Shown here in pieces: positions 53,187 through 62,803 of a DNA stretch of 64,000 nucleotides (within the stretch, counting starts at the first letter, position 1; every line of letters starts with the position of its first letter). Source of the DNA: Pseudomonas aeruginosa PAO1 (lineage in GTDB: Bacteria; Pseudomonadota; Gammaproteobacteria; Pseudomonadales; Pseudomonadaceae); NCBI RefSeq assembly GCF_000006765.1, contig NC_002516.2; one strand, written 5' to 3'. The notes under the pieces were generated by a model. It did no database searches and was not told the origin of the DNA. It worked only from the letters and a program-made list of their open reading frames with translations. A program made the translations under genes and the position numbers.

Positions 53187-54428
53187 ATGGGACAGTACGT
53201 CAGCATCGCCGCGTCCGACGGCAGCGGCCGGTTCGACGCGTATCTCGCGCTCCCCGCCAGCGGCAAGGGGCCGGGCGTGGTGATCGGTCAGGAAATCTTC
53301 GGCGTCAACGCGAACATGCGCGCGGTGGCCGACCTGTACGCCGAAGAGGGCTACGTGGCCCTGGTCCCCGACCTGTTCTGGCGGCTGCAGCCGGGGGTCG
53401 ACCTGGGCTACGACGAAGCGGCCTTCGCCAAGGCCATCGAGCTGTTCCAGCGCATCGACCTGGACGCCGCGGTGGACGACATCGCCGCCTGTATCGAGCA
53501 CCTGCGCCAACGCGAGGAGGTGGTCCACGCCGGGATCGGCTTCGTCGGCTTCTGCATGGGCGGCAAGCTGGCCTACCTCGCCGCGACGCGCACCGACGTC
53601 TCCTGCTCGGTGGGCTACTACGGCATGGGCATCGAGGCGCTGCTCGACGAGGCGAAACAGATCAAGGGCCGGCTGGTGCTGCATTTCGCCGAACAGGACG
53701 CCTACTGCCCGCAGCAGGCCCGCGACGCGATCCTGCCCTGCCTGCGCAACCTGCCCAAGACCGAGTTGTACCTCTACCCCGGCGTCGATCACGCCTTCGC
53801 CCGCGTCGGCGGCATGCACTTCGACAAACCGGCCTACCTGATGGCTCACGAACGCAGCATCGCCGCCCTGAAGCGGGAGATCGGGCCGAACTTCGACCTC
53901 TCCGCGCTGTGGGACGAGCATGTGCGCCACGAGTTCGATACCCGCGACGTCGCCGCGACCATGGCGACCATGGTCGCCGAGCCCTACGTCAACCATGTCC
54001 CGACCCTCACCGGCGGCGTCGGCCAGCGCGAACTGAGCCGCTTCTACCGCCATCACTTCATCCACGGCAACCCGCCGGACATGACCCTCACGCCGATTTC
54101 GCGGACGGTGGGGGCGCTGCAGGTGGTCGACGAGTTCGTCATGCGCTTCACCCACAGCTGCGAGATCGACTGGCTGCTGCCCGGCGTCCCACCCACCGGG
54201 CGCTTCGTGGAAATCCCCATGCTCGGCGTGGTGCGCTTTCGCGGCGACCGCCTTTACCACGAGCACATCTATTGGGACCAGGCCGGCGTGCTGGTGCAGA
54301 TCGGCCTGCTCGACCCGCAGGGCCTGCCGGTCGCGGGGGTGGAAAGCGCGCGCAAGCTGCTCGACGAAAGCCTGCCGTCGAACCGCCTGATGGCGCGCTG
54401 GGCAGCCAGCGAAGGACTCGGCCTCTAG
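53187..54428 (+). CDS. Dienelactone hydrolase fused to a SnoaL-like domain, 413 aa (PA2682-like)
   Basis: QEIFGVN, GFCMGG, YPGVDHAF; C-terminal HVPTLTGG...VVDEF...LYHEHIYWDQA. Confidence 0.87.
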   Translation: MGQYVSIAASDGSGRFDAYLALPASGKGPGVVIGQEIFGVNANMRAVADLYAEEGYVALVPDLFWRLQPGVDLGYDEAAFAKAIELFQRIDLDAAVDDIAACIEHLRQREEVVHAGIGFVGFCMGGKLAYLAATRTDVSCSVGYYGMGIEALLDEAKQIKGRLVLHFAEQDAYCPQQARDAILPCLRNLPKTELYLYPGVDHAFARVGGMHFDKPAYLMAHERSIAALKREIGPNFDLSALWDEHVRHEFDTRDVAATMATMVAEPYVNHVPTLTGGVGQRELSRFYRHHFIHGNPPDMTLTPISRTVGALQVVDEFVMRFTHSCEIDWLLPGVPPTGRFVEIPMLGVVRFRGDRLYHEHIYWDQAGVLVQIGLLDPQGLPVAGVESARKLLDESLPSNRLMARWAASEGLGL

Positions 54429-54435
54429 CGGCCGG

Positions 54436-55398
54436 CTAGCCGCCGAGCAAGGCGCAGAAACGCGCCAGGTCGACGTTACCGCCGCTGAGCAGGATCCCGA
54501 CCCGCTTGCCGCGCAATTCGTCCTTGCGCTGGCGGGCGGCGGCCAGGCCGAGGCAACCGGTGGGCTCGACCAGCAGCTTCATCCGCGCGGCGAGGAAGCG
54601 CATGCCATCCACCAGTTCGGCGTCGCTGGCGGTGAGGATGTCATCGACGTTGCGCTGGATCAGCGGGAAGGTGAGATTGCCCAAATGCTGGGTCTGGGCG
54701 CCATCGGCGAGGGTCTGCGGCGTATCGATATGCACGATGGCGCCGCTGCGCAGCGAACGCTGGCCATCGTTGCCGGCCTCCGGCTCCACCCCGTAGATCC
54801 GGCAGGCCGGCGCCAGCGCGCGGATCGCCAGGGCACAGCCGGAGAGCAAGCCGCCGCCGCCGAGGGGCGCGAAGAAGGCGTCCAGCGGACCGACTTCTTC
54901 GAACAGTTCCTTGGCCGCGGTGCCCTGCCCGGCCAGCACGTCGGGGTGATCGTAGGGCGGGATCAGGGTCAGGCCATGGCGCTGCGCCAGGTCGCGGCCG
55001 ATCTGCTCGCGATCTTCCGTATAGCGGTCATAGAGCACTACCTGCCCGCCGTAGCCACGGGTCGCCTCGATCTTCACCGCCGGCGCGTCGGCCGGCATCA
55101 CGATGGTCGCCGGGATCCCCAGCAAGCGCGCCGAGAGGGCGATGGCCTGGGCGTGGTTGCCGGAGGAGAACGCCACCACCCCGGCGGCACGCTGCTCAGC
55201 GGAAAACCGCGACAGCGCGTTGAAGGCGCCGCGGAACTTGAACGCTCCCATGCGCTGCAGGTTTTCGCATTTGAAGAAGACTTCCGCGCCGAGTTCTTCG
55301 TCGAGGGTACGCGAGGACATCACCGGCGTGCGGTTGGCATGCCCGGCGATCCGCGCGGCGGCGGCGATCACATCGTCGTAGGTAGGCAGGTCGTGCAT
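54436..55398 (-). CDS. PLP-dependent serine/threonine dehydratase family (threo-3-hydroxyaspartate ammonia-lyase-like), 320 aa
   Basis: FKCENLQRMGAFKFRGA, SSGNHAQA, GGGGLLSG, LSGGN. Confidence 0.9.
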   Translation of the reverse strand: MHDLPTYDDVIAAAARIAGHANRTPVMSSRTLDEELGAEVFFKCENLQRMGAFKFRGAFNALSRFSAEQRAAGVVAFSSGNHAQAIALSARLLGIPATIVMPADAPAVKIEATRGYGGQVVLYDRYTEDREQIGRDLAQRHGLTLIPPYDHPDVLAGQGTAAKELFEEVGPLDAFFAPLGGGGLLSGCALAIRALAPACRIYGVEPEAGNDGQRSLRSGAIVHIDTPQTLADGAQTQHLGNLTFPLIQRNVDDILTASDAELVDGMRFLAARMKLLVEPTGCLGLAAARQRKDELRGKRVGILLSGGNVDLARFCALLGG

Positions 55399-55560
55399 GG
55401 TCGGCTCCTCGGACCTTGGCAAAGAAGACAGGCAGTTCGCCAGGTTACCAGGCGAACGCCGCCAGCAGCGCCTGCGCGACAGCATCGGCGGCGGAAGACT
55501 GGCGGAGCCATTGACGAAGAGGCCCTGCATGGGTCGATGCTCCGGGATGCCGGGTCGGCC

Positions 55561-55752
55561 TCACTCGTCCAGGTAGCCGTCCCTGATGCCCTTCGAGCGG
55601 CGGTAGAGGTAGAGCCCGAGGCGCAGCACGACGAGCACGCCGAAGAACACCCCGACGGTCACCCAGGTGTTGCCGAAGAACCATTCCAGGCAGACGTAGA
55701 GCAACGCCAGCGGTATGCAGACGAGGGTCATCAGCAGGTAATGCTTGATCAT
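55561..55752 (-). CDS. tsi5: Tsi5 immunity membrane protein (63 aa; alternative start at 55791 gives 76 aa)
   Basis: Two TM helices; ATG overlaps the tse5 stop (ATGA) and is preceded by GAGGAG. Confidence 0.85.
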   Translation of the reverse strand: MIKHYLLMTLVCIPLALLYVCLEWFFGNTWVTVGVFFGVLVVLRLGLYLYRRSKGIRDGYLDE

Positions 55753-58700
55753 TGCGGCGGACACTCCTCTTCTTCGTCCTTCAGTGGGCATTTGACGATC
55801 TGCTTGCCCGTCTGCCAGGCGGCCTGGGTGGCCACGGCCTTCTTGATGGTATCGGCATGGGCGGCCTTGCGCGCGGCCAGCTTGGCCGCGCGGTTGGCGG
55901 TGTTGGCCGCCTGTCCGGAAAGGGTCCTGATCGCCTTGGCGGACTGCACCACGGTCTTGCCGGTGCTGAGCATGCCCGGCGCCACGGTGCCGATGGCCGC
56001 CGAGGCGCCGACGTGTTTCCAGTTGATGTCGATGCACTTCCACTTGATATCGGTGAGGTCGCGATCGCTGTCCCAGTTGTCCTTCATCTGCCCCAGCACC
56101 TGCTTGCCGGTCTGCATCCCCAGCTCGATGCCGGCGCCCAGCGCCGCTCCGATCGCGGCGCGGGCGGCGAAGGCGCCGATCACCACCAGCGGGATGATCA
56201 GGCCGGTGGGATCGTAGGCCAGCGTGGGCGCGTTCAGCGCGTAGGCATAGGGGTTGGGGCCACCGCCCAGGCCGAGCGGGTCCTGGCTGGCATAGCGCCC
56301 GGCTTCCGGCAGGTAGTAACGGTAGCGGTTGTAGTAGAGGCCGCTTTCCTCATCGTGGTACTGCCCCTGGAAGCGGATCGGCTGCGCACCCGGCTGTCGT
56401 TCCGGCGCTACCGCCCGCCAGTCGTCCGGAACGCCCTGCCAACGCAGTTGGCCACGTTCGTCGCTCAGCTGCAGGGGGGTACCGAGGTGATCGGTGTGGA
56501 AGAAAGCGATCCGCGCCTCGCCCAGCGCCGGCACGCATTGCGCCGGCAGCGGCTGGCCTTCGGCGGCGAACGCCTGGCGCAGTTGCAGCAGCTCCGGGGG
56601 ATCGGGCTCGCAGGCCTGCTCCAGGCGCAGCAACGGGACGAAACCGCCCGGTTCGTGAACGGTGGTGCGCAGTTCCCGCGCAAAGGCTTCGGCGCATTGG
56701 CGATCGCCGTCCCAACCGAAGCGCACCTGCTGCTCGACACCGTCGCGCAGCACCACCTTGGCGATCCGTCGCGACAGCGCGTCGTAGCGGTAGCGCGCCT
56801 CCAGCCGCGTACCGTCGGCGTAATCGCGCGTCAGATGGACCAGGCGCTGCGCGCCGTCGTAGGCCAGGCGCAGGCGCTCGCCGTCGGCGCCGATACGCTC
56901 GACCAGGTTGCCCAGCGCATCGAAGCGATAGCGGTTGCCGGCGATCCTCTCCACGCGGTTGCCGGCCCAGCGCGCCGGGCCTTCGCCGGCCTGGCTCGCG
57001 CGCGTCTCGGAGCGACTGAAACCGGAGCGGTACAGTTCGTTCTCGGCGAATGCCTGGCGAGCGTCCTCGCGCGCGTGCTCGCCGACGCCCTCCAGGCGGT
57101 TGCCGGCGGCATCGTAGCGGTAGGTGCTGGCCGCCGCGCCAGCGCGCCGGCTGGCCAGCAGGCGACCGCCGAGGTCGTATTCGTAGCGCACCGACGGATA
57201 CTGGTTGTCGTCGATGCCGACCAGTTGTCCAAGTCCGTCGTAGCGATAGCCGCGCTGCCAGTCGAAACCGCCGGCCAGACGCAGGCGGCTGCGCTGCAGG
57301 CGTCCCAGCGGCGCGTGCTGGCGCTCCTGGGTGAACAACGCGTCATCCTGCCCGTCGCGGCGGGCGTCGCGACGCACCTCACGGTGCAGGGCATCGCGCT
57401 CGAAGGCCAGCTCGACCGCACCGACCAGCGCGCCGTGCAGATGACCCGGGCCATAGGTCAGCCAGGCGACCGGCGGCGCGTCGCCGTAGCGGCTGGTCTG
57501 GCGCACGCCTAGCGCGTCGTGGCTGTGCTCGACGCTGTAGACCCAACCGTCGGCATGTACCTGGCTTTCCAGGCGCAGGTTACCGACCTCGTCGTACGTG
57601 TAGCGCACCTCGCAATCCGCCCCGCCGGCGCTGGCCAGGCGGCCGTCGGCCAACCAGCGGTAACGCTCGACCAGGGCCGGTGCGTGCTCGGTGGCGGGAA
57701 CCCGGATGCTCGCCAGGCGGCCGTCGCGGTCGTAGGCATAGGTGGTCTCGCGACCGTCGGCATCCTCGCGGGCGATCAGTTCGTCAGCGGCGTTGTAGCG
57801 ATAGCGTTGGCGACGACCGTCGAAGCCGGTCTCTTCCACCAGACGGTCCAGCAGGTCGTAGCGGAACTGCGCCTGGACGCCGTTCTCGTTGGTCAGGGCG
57901 ACCAGCCTGCCGGCTTCGTCGTGCAGGTAGGACAATTCGCCGCCGCCGGCGTCGGAAACCCGCGCCAGCAGATCGCCGTGCCCCCAGGAAAACAGCGTGG
58001 CGTGCCCCTCGGCATCGGCGATACGGGTCTGCCGCCCAAGGGCGTCGTATTCATAGCTCAGGGCGCTGCCGTCGGCCAATTCCAGGCCGATCAGTTGCCC
58101 CAGCGGGTCGTAGCGGCGCCGGGTCAGTTGTCCCAGCGGGTCGCTGCTGGCGACCAAACGTCCTTCGTTGTCGTAGTCGTAACGCCAGACCTGGCCGGAA
58201 CAATCGGTCAACGCGGCCAACAGGCCGAAGCGGTTCCACTCCAGGCGCCGCTCGCCGCCGCGCGGGTCGACGATTCGCGTCGGCCGGTCGGGCAGGCGCG
58301 GGTCTTCGTAGGCGTAGCGGGTGCTGCCGGCCGGGCCGCGCACCGTCGTCGCATTGCCCCGTTCGTCGCGCTCGAAGGTCCAGCGGCGCTGCATCGCGTC
58401 CTCCAGCTCGACCAGCAGCCCGGTCTCTTCGTCGACGCGCTTGCGATAGCGCGCCTTGCCCGGCGACTCCTCCTCGAGCATCCGCCCCTGGCCATCGCGC
58501 CGGCGCCGCGTCTCCCGTCCCAGCGGATCGCGCATGGCGACCAGGCGGCCGAACAGGTCGTAGTCGAACTCGCTACGGCTGCCGTCGGCCCTGACCAGCG
58601 CGGTCCAGCGCCGCTGCCCGCCCTCGCCGGCGAACTCGTAGCGTTCGACGCGGCCGAGGCTGTCGCTGACCTCGGTGGCATCGCGCAGGTAGCGGAAGGT

Positions 58701-59702
58701 ACGGGTCAGGCCGCCCGCCTCGATCTGCTTCACGACCCGCCCGTGCGGAGCATGGACATCCCACTCGTAGCGAACCTCCAGCCCGCCCGGTTCGCCGTGG
58801 GCGACCAGCATGTGCTCGCGCCAGGCGAATACCCGGACCACCTGGCCAAGACGGTCGCGCACGGCGATCAGATCGCCGCTGTCGCTGAACTGGTAGCGCA
58901 CCAGCCAGTCGAGCCCCGGGCTCTGCGGATCGATGTAGTCCGGAGGCGGTCCGTCGTGGCTGGCCAGGATCACGCCGAACAGACGCAGGCCGTCGTCGCC
59001 CTCGCTCGGCTCGCAGGCTTGCTGGTAGACCAGCGCATAGCTGCGCCCGGCGCTGTCGCGCACGCCGGTGAGCAGGCCACGTCCGCTCCAGCGGAACTCG
59101 GTGCGGTAGCCGGCGCGGCCGAAGCTGGCCTGCAGGCGCCAGATACCGTCGGGGCAACGCTGGAAATGCAGGTAGCTGTGGCCGGACAGCACCAGCACGG
59201 AGCCCTCCTGCGTCTGCAGTTCGGCCGGCACCGCCGCCCAGCGCCCGCGCCAGGCCTGCGCTTCGCCGCCGCTCGAACCGCCGCGGCGCAGCCACAGCTC
59301 CTCGCTGCCGGAATAATGCTGGGCGCCGGGAGCCAGCGCAGGAAAGCCGATCCGGCGGCCCTGGGCGTCGACCAGCACGCAGGCGTCTTCGCTCAGTTCC
59401 AGGTGCATGCTCTCGCCCGGCAGCCACCAGCCCCGGCCGAGCCGGCCGATACGGGGGTTGCTCGACAGGTAGCCACGGGCGAAGGTGAAGGTGTCCGGCG
59501 CCGCCAGGGCGAAATCGACCTCTTCCGGCAGCAGCTTGCTGCCGAGCATCGGGTTGACCGGCTTGCCCACCAACGGCACGCAGGCGGACACCCGGTCGGC
59601 CAGGCCGACCGCGCTGCTGCCGACGTGCACGGTGGGCGAGCCGGTGGAGATAACCCCTCCCGAGACTTTCTCGCCGACATGGGAAACCGGTAGGCCGCTC
59701 AT
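55749..59702 (-). CDS. tse5: T6SS Rhs effector Tse5 (RhsP1), 1317 aa
   Basis: KPVNPMLG N-terminal cleavage region, YD repeats, core end RFQGQYHDEESGLYYNRYRYY...DPLGL...DPTGL, then a hydrophobic membrane-active C-terminal toxin. Confidence 0.95.
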   Translation of the reverse strand: MSGLPVSHVGEKVSGGVISTGSPTVHVGSSAVGLADRVSACVPLVGKPVNPMLGSKLLPEEVDFALAAPDTFTFARGYLSSNPRIGRLGRGWWLPGESMHLELSEDACVLVDAQGRRIGFPALAPGAQHYSGSEELWLRRGGSSGGEAQAWRGRWAAVPAELQTQEGSVLVLSGHSYLHFQRCPDGIWRLQASFGRAGYRTEFRWSGRGLLTGVRDSAGRSYALVYQQACEPSEGDDGLRLFGVILASHDGPPPDYIDPQSPGLDWLVRYQFSDSGDLIAVRDRLGQVVRVFAWREHMLVAHGEPGGLEVRYEWDVHAPHGRVVKQIEAGGLTRTFRYLRDATEVSDSLGRVERYEFAGEGGQRRWTALVRADGSRSEFDYDLFGRLVAMRDPLGRETRRRRDGQGRMLEEESPGKARYRKRVDEETGLLVELEDAMQRRWTFERDERGNATTVRGPAGSTRYAYEDPRLPDRPTRIVDPRGGERRLEWNRFGLLAALTDCSGQVWRYDYDNEGRLVASSDPLGQLTRRRYDPLGQLIGLELADGSALSYEYDALGRQTRIADAEGHATLFSWGHGDLLARVSDAGGGELSYLHDEAGRLVALTNENGVQAQFRYDLLDRLVEETGFDGRRQRYRYNAADELIAREDADGRETTYAYDRDGRLASIRVPATEHAPALVERYRWLADGRLASAGGADCEVRYTYDEVGNLRLESQVHADGWVYSVEHSHDALGVRQTSRYGDAPPVAWLTYGPGHLHGALVGAVELAFERDALHREVRRDARRDGQDDALFTQERQHAPLGRLQRSRLRLAGGFDWQRGYRYDGLGQLVGIDDNQYPSVRYEYDLGGRLLASRRAGAAASTYRYDAAGNRLEGVGEHAREDARQAFAENELYRSGFSRSETRASQAGEGPARWAGNRVERIAGNRYRFDALGNLVERIGADGERLRLAYDGAQRLVHLTRDYADGTRLEARYRYDALSRRIAKVVLRDGVEQQVRFGWDGDRQCAEAFARELRTTVHEPGGFVPLLRLEQACEPDPPELLQLRQAFAAEGQPLPAQCVPALGEARIAFFHTDHLGTPLQLSDERGQLRWQGVPDDWRAVAPERQPGAQPIRFQGQYHDEESGLYYNRYRYYLPEAGRYASQDPLGLGGGPNPYAYALNAPTLAYDPTGLIIPLVVIGAFAARAAIGAALGAGIELGMQTGKQVLGQMKDNWDSDRDLTDIKWKCIDINWKHVGASAAIGTVAPGMLSTGKTVVQSAKAIRTLSGQAANTANRAAKLAARKAAHADTIKKAVATQAAWQTGKQIVKCPLKDEEEECPPQ

Positions 59703-59751
59703 CTATCCATCCTTCCTTGGGAAAAGCCGCGACAGGACATCCGCCCGCCGC

Positions 59752-61821
59752 TCAACAGTTGATATCGACATTGGGCGAGAGGATCTCGATCTCCCCCGGC
59801 GTCAGGCGGATCGTGCTCTGGCCGCAGCGCAAGAGGATCTCGCGGTCGGCGGTCAGCTCGATGCGCTGGCTGCCGAGGGTGATGCTCTGACCGTCCAGGG
59901 TGATCTTAGAGCCATCGTCGCTGCCGCCCACGCTCACTTCGTAGCTATCGCCCACCGACAAGGTCTTCTTCTTCATCACCTGGGTGCTCTGGTTCAGCCC
60001 GACCACGGTGTTCATCATCATGCCGACGTTCAGGCTGTAGCCGAGCCCGACGTTTTCCATGCGCCCCATGCCGACGTTCTGCAACGAGGCCATGAGGATG
60101 GTTTCCGTCTTGTTCATGCCGATCCTGACCGTCTCGTTGCGGTCGACCGTCTTGCTGCGGTTGGCATGCACGGTGATGGTCTCGTTGTTGTCCACGGTCT
60201 CGGTGCGATCGTGCTTCACATGCACCGTCTCGTCGTGGTCGATGGTCTTGGTCCGGTCGTGGCCGACCCAGTGGCTCTCGTCGTTCTCGACCTCGATGTC
60301 CTGGTTCCTCTCGGCATGGATGAACAACTGCTCGGCGCCCTTCTTGTCCTCCATGCGGATCTCGTTGAAGTTGGCCGGCGTGCCGCCCTTGCTCGAACGG
60401 CTCTTGGTGCCGCTCTGGGTAGCGTTCGCCGGCAGCTCGTAGGGCACCGTCTGCTCGGCGTTGTAGACCCGCCCGGTGATGATCGGCCGGTCCGGGTCGC
60501 CTTCGAGGAAGCTGACGATCACTTCCTGGCCGATCCGCGGGATCTGGATCGAGCCCCAGTTCTTCCCGGCCCAGGCCTGCGAGACGCGCATCCAGCAGGA
60601 GCTGTTCTCGTTGGACTGGTCGTGGCGGTCCCAGTGGAAATGCACCTTGACCCGGCCATACTGGTCGGTCCAGATCTCCTCGCCCTTGGGCCCGACCACC
60701 ACCGCGGTCTGCGGGCCGCGCACCACCGGCACCGGGGTCGACGGCAAGGGGCGGAAAGCCTGGCCGGCGTCGATACAGTCCAGCTCGCTCTCGAACTGCG
60801 CGCCGCCCCCGCCATTACCGGTCTCGTAGAGTTCCTGGACTACCCGGTACTCGGCGCCAACCACCAGGTATTCGCGGTTCTGGTCCAGGCGCGGGTAGTT
60901 GCTCAGGTGGAACAGATGGCCCGCCCCGATACCCCTGGCGCATCCCCGCAGGCGAACTCGCTCGTACTGGGTCTGGATCGCCTCGATGCGGGTCCGTGCA
61001 TAGTGTTCGCCGTCCTGACTCTGCACATACTCGCCAGGGTAGTCGTAGAGCGGGTAGTCGGCCGCGGCATGGGCGCGCCCGACATTGGAGCGCACTTCCA
61101 GGCGGGTGCCGGGACGCTGGAAGTCGTAGTCGTTGAGGCTCAGCGAGCCGGGCTGGACCTCGCGCGCCATGTGCCAGTCGAAGAAGTGGTCGCGCTCGCG
61201 ATGGCCGAGGCTCGGCGGGTAATAGGGCACGCTGGTGTAGCCGGCCGGGCTGTGGTGCGCGCCGTAGGCATCGGAGAGCACCAGGATGTGGCGCTTCTTT
61301 TCGTGGCGGAACCAGTAGTAGATGCCTTCCTGCTCCATCAGCCGGCTGACGAAATCGAAGCTGGTCTCGCGGTATTGCACACAGTATTCCCACTCGCGGT
61401 AGGAGCGGCTCAGGGCGTCCTCGAAGTCGGAGAAGCCGAGGTCGCGGAACACCTGCTTGATGATGTCCGGGACCTTCTGGTTCTGGAAGATGCGGCAGTC
61501 GGAGGTGCGCGTCAGCAGCCACAGCCAGGGCCGCAGGGTGACCTGGTAGCTGGCGAACTGGCCGGCGCCGGCGCCCTGGCTACAGCGCGCGACGATGCCG
61601 TGGAAATACCGCCGGCTGCCGCCGGGGAGTTCCAGCGCGAGGCTCATCGGCTTGCCCAACAGGGCATCCAGAGGCAAGGCGGGATTGCTCGAGACCAGTT
61701 CGAGCTCGTGGCTGAACAGCCGGCCCAGCTCTTCGCGACCCTCCAGCCGTTGCAGTTGCAGGACCTCGGGTCCCAGCGGGGAGTCCACGTGTACCAGGCG
61801 GGTGTGTTGGGAGAACAGCAT
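59752..61821 (-). CDS. vgrG4: T6SS spike protein VgrG (VgrG4/VgrG1c), 689 aa
   Basis: VQYRETSFDFVSRLMEQEGIYYWF, GPQTAVVVG, IPRIGQEVIVSFLEGDPDRP; AAGGAAG Shine-Dalgarno before ATG 61821. Confidence 0.93.
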   Translation of the reverse strand: MLFSQHTRLVHVDSPLGPEVLQLQRLEGREELGRLFSHELELVSSNPALPLDALLGKPMSLALELPGGSRRYFHGIVARCSQGAGAGQFASYQVTLRPWLWLLTRTSDCRIFQNQKVPDIIKQVFRDLGFSDFEDALSRSYREWEYCVQYRETSFDFVSRLMEQEGIYYWFRHEKKRHILVLSDAYGAHHSPAGYTSVPYYPPSLGHRERDHFFDWHMAREVQPGSLSLNDYDFQRPGTRLEVRSNVGRAHAAADYPLYDYPGEYVQSQDGEHYARTRIEAIQTQYERVRLRGCARGIGAGHLFHLSNYPRLDQNREYLVVGAEYRVVQELYETGNGGGGAQFESELDCIDAGQAFRPLPSTPVPVVRGPQTAVVVGPKGEEIWTDQYGRVKVHFHWDRHDQSNENSSCWMRVSQAWAGKNWGSIQIPRIGQEVIVSFLEGDPDRPIITGRVYNAEQTVPYELPANATQSGTKSRSSKGGTPANFNEIRMEDKKGAEQLFIHAERNQDIEVENDESHWVGHDRTKTIDHDETVHVKHDRTETVDNNETITVHANRSKTVDRNETVRIGMNKTETILMASLQNVGMGRMENVGLGYSLNVGMMMNTVVGLNQSTQVMKKKTLSVGDSYEVSVGGSDDGSKITLDGQSITLGSQRIELTADREILLRCGQSTIRLTPGEIEILSPNVDINC

Positions 61822-61826
61822 GGGGA

Positions 61827-61838
61827 ATCTTCCTTGAT
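61827..61838 (-). promoter_or_regulatory. RsmA/CsrA-type site over the vgrG ribosome-binding site
   Basis: The minus strand reads ATC-AAGGAA-GAT: an ANGGAN hexaloop on a 3-bp stem, matching (A/U)CANGGANG(U/A). Confidence 0.65.
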
Positions 61839-62066
61839 AGTCACCTGCGGCGGGCGGCCCGAACAACGCGCCAGCAGCGCGCCAGATGATCGTACAACCC
61901 AGTGCCGTCGCGAAAGGCTGGCCAATAGCCACGACACTCCTGCCCGCCTCCTGCGGACCCGCCGACCCTAAGCCAGAACCAAAGCCGAAGCAACGACGGC
62001 TTTGTCGAAAAGTATTTCCGCTCCGAGCACGCTGCGGCGCATTGGCCCATTGCCCGATACCCGGCA

Positions 62067-62105
62067 AAAATGAGATATTCACGAACGTGAATCATTCTCA
62101 TATTT
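62067..62105. promoter_or_regulatory. Fur-box-like region upstream of and at the pfeR start
   Basis: AAAATGAGATATTCAC...GTGAATCATTCTCATATTT, two Fur-like half-arrays in inverted orientation. Confidence 0.65.
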
Positions 62106-62803
62106 CAATCCCATCTCCCCGCCTGCTGCTGGTCGAAGACGACCCGCGCCTACGCGAGGATCTCGACGCGCATTTCCGCCGGCGCGGCTTCCGCGTAACC
62201 GTCTGCGGCGATGGCTCGCACGGACTGGAAGCCGCCGGGCGCGAAGCGTTCGACCTGGTGTTGCTGGACATCATGCTACCCGGCCTCGACGGCCTGGCGC
62301 TGCTGGAGTCGCTGCGCCGCGAGCAGGCCACGCCGGTGATGCTGATGTCGGCCCTGGGCGCCGAACAGGATCGCATCAGCGGCTTCACCCGCGGCGCCGA
62401 CGACTACCTGCCGAAGCCGTTCAGCCTGGCCGAGCTGGATGCCCGCACCGACGCCCTGCTGCGCCGCGTACGACTGGACCGCCTGCCGTTGGCGCAGCGG
62501 CGGGATACCCGGCTGGTGTTCGACGACCAGGCCCAGGATGTGCTCCACCAGGGCCTTCCGGCGGGGCTGACGCCATCCGAGTACCGCCTCCTGGCGACGC
62601 TCCGCGAACACGCTGGCGAGGCGCTGAGCAAGCCGTTCCTCTACCGGAGCGTGCTGCACCGCAGCTACACGCGCCTCGACCGCGGTCTCGACGTGCACGT
62701 CTGCAACCTGCGGCGCAAGCTCGCCGTGGTCGCCGTCCGTCACCTGCAGATCCAGGCGGTGCGCGGCCAGGGCTACCTGCTGGTGGAGACGGAACACCCC
62801 TGA
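62087..62803 (+). CDS. pfeR: OmpR-family response regulator for ferric-enterobactin uptake (start uncertain; GTG 62087 chosen)
   Basis: LLLVEDD, LLDIMLPG, GADDYLPKPF, IQAVRGQGY. Confidence 0.9.
   Translation: MNHSHISIPSPRLLLVEDDPRLREDLDAHFRRRGFRVTVCGDGSHGLEAAGREAFDLVLLDIMLPGLDGLALLESLRREQATPVMLMSALGAEQDRISGFTRGADDYLPKPFSLAELDARTDALLRRVRLDRLPLAQRRDTRLVFDDQAQDVLHQGLPAGLTPSEYRLLATLREHAGEALSKPFLYRSVLHRSYTRLDRGLDVHVCNLRRKLAVVAVRHLQIQAVRGQGYLLVETEHP

Noticed and set aside
56900-58800. Repetitive YD/RHS segments as a DNA repeat or CRISPR-like array
   Set aside because: They are degenerate protein-level repeats; there are no identical nucleotide repeats with spacers and no cas genes.
55749-59702. 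Tse5/Tsi5 as a novel toxin-immunity pair
   Set aside because: The C-terminal toxin and the immunity protein match the characterised PAO1-type Tse5/Tsi5 as I recall them; there is no swapped tip or orphan immunity array.
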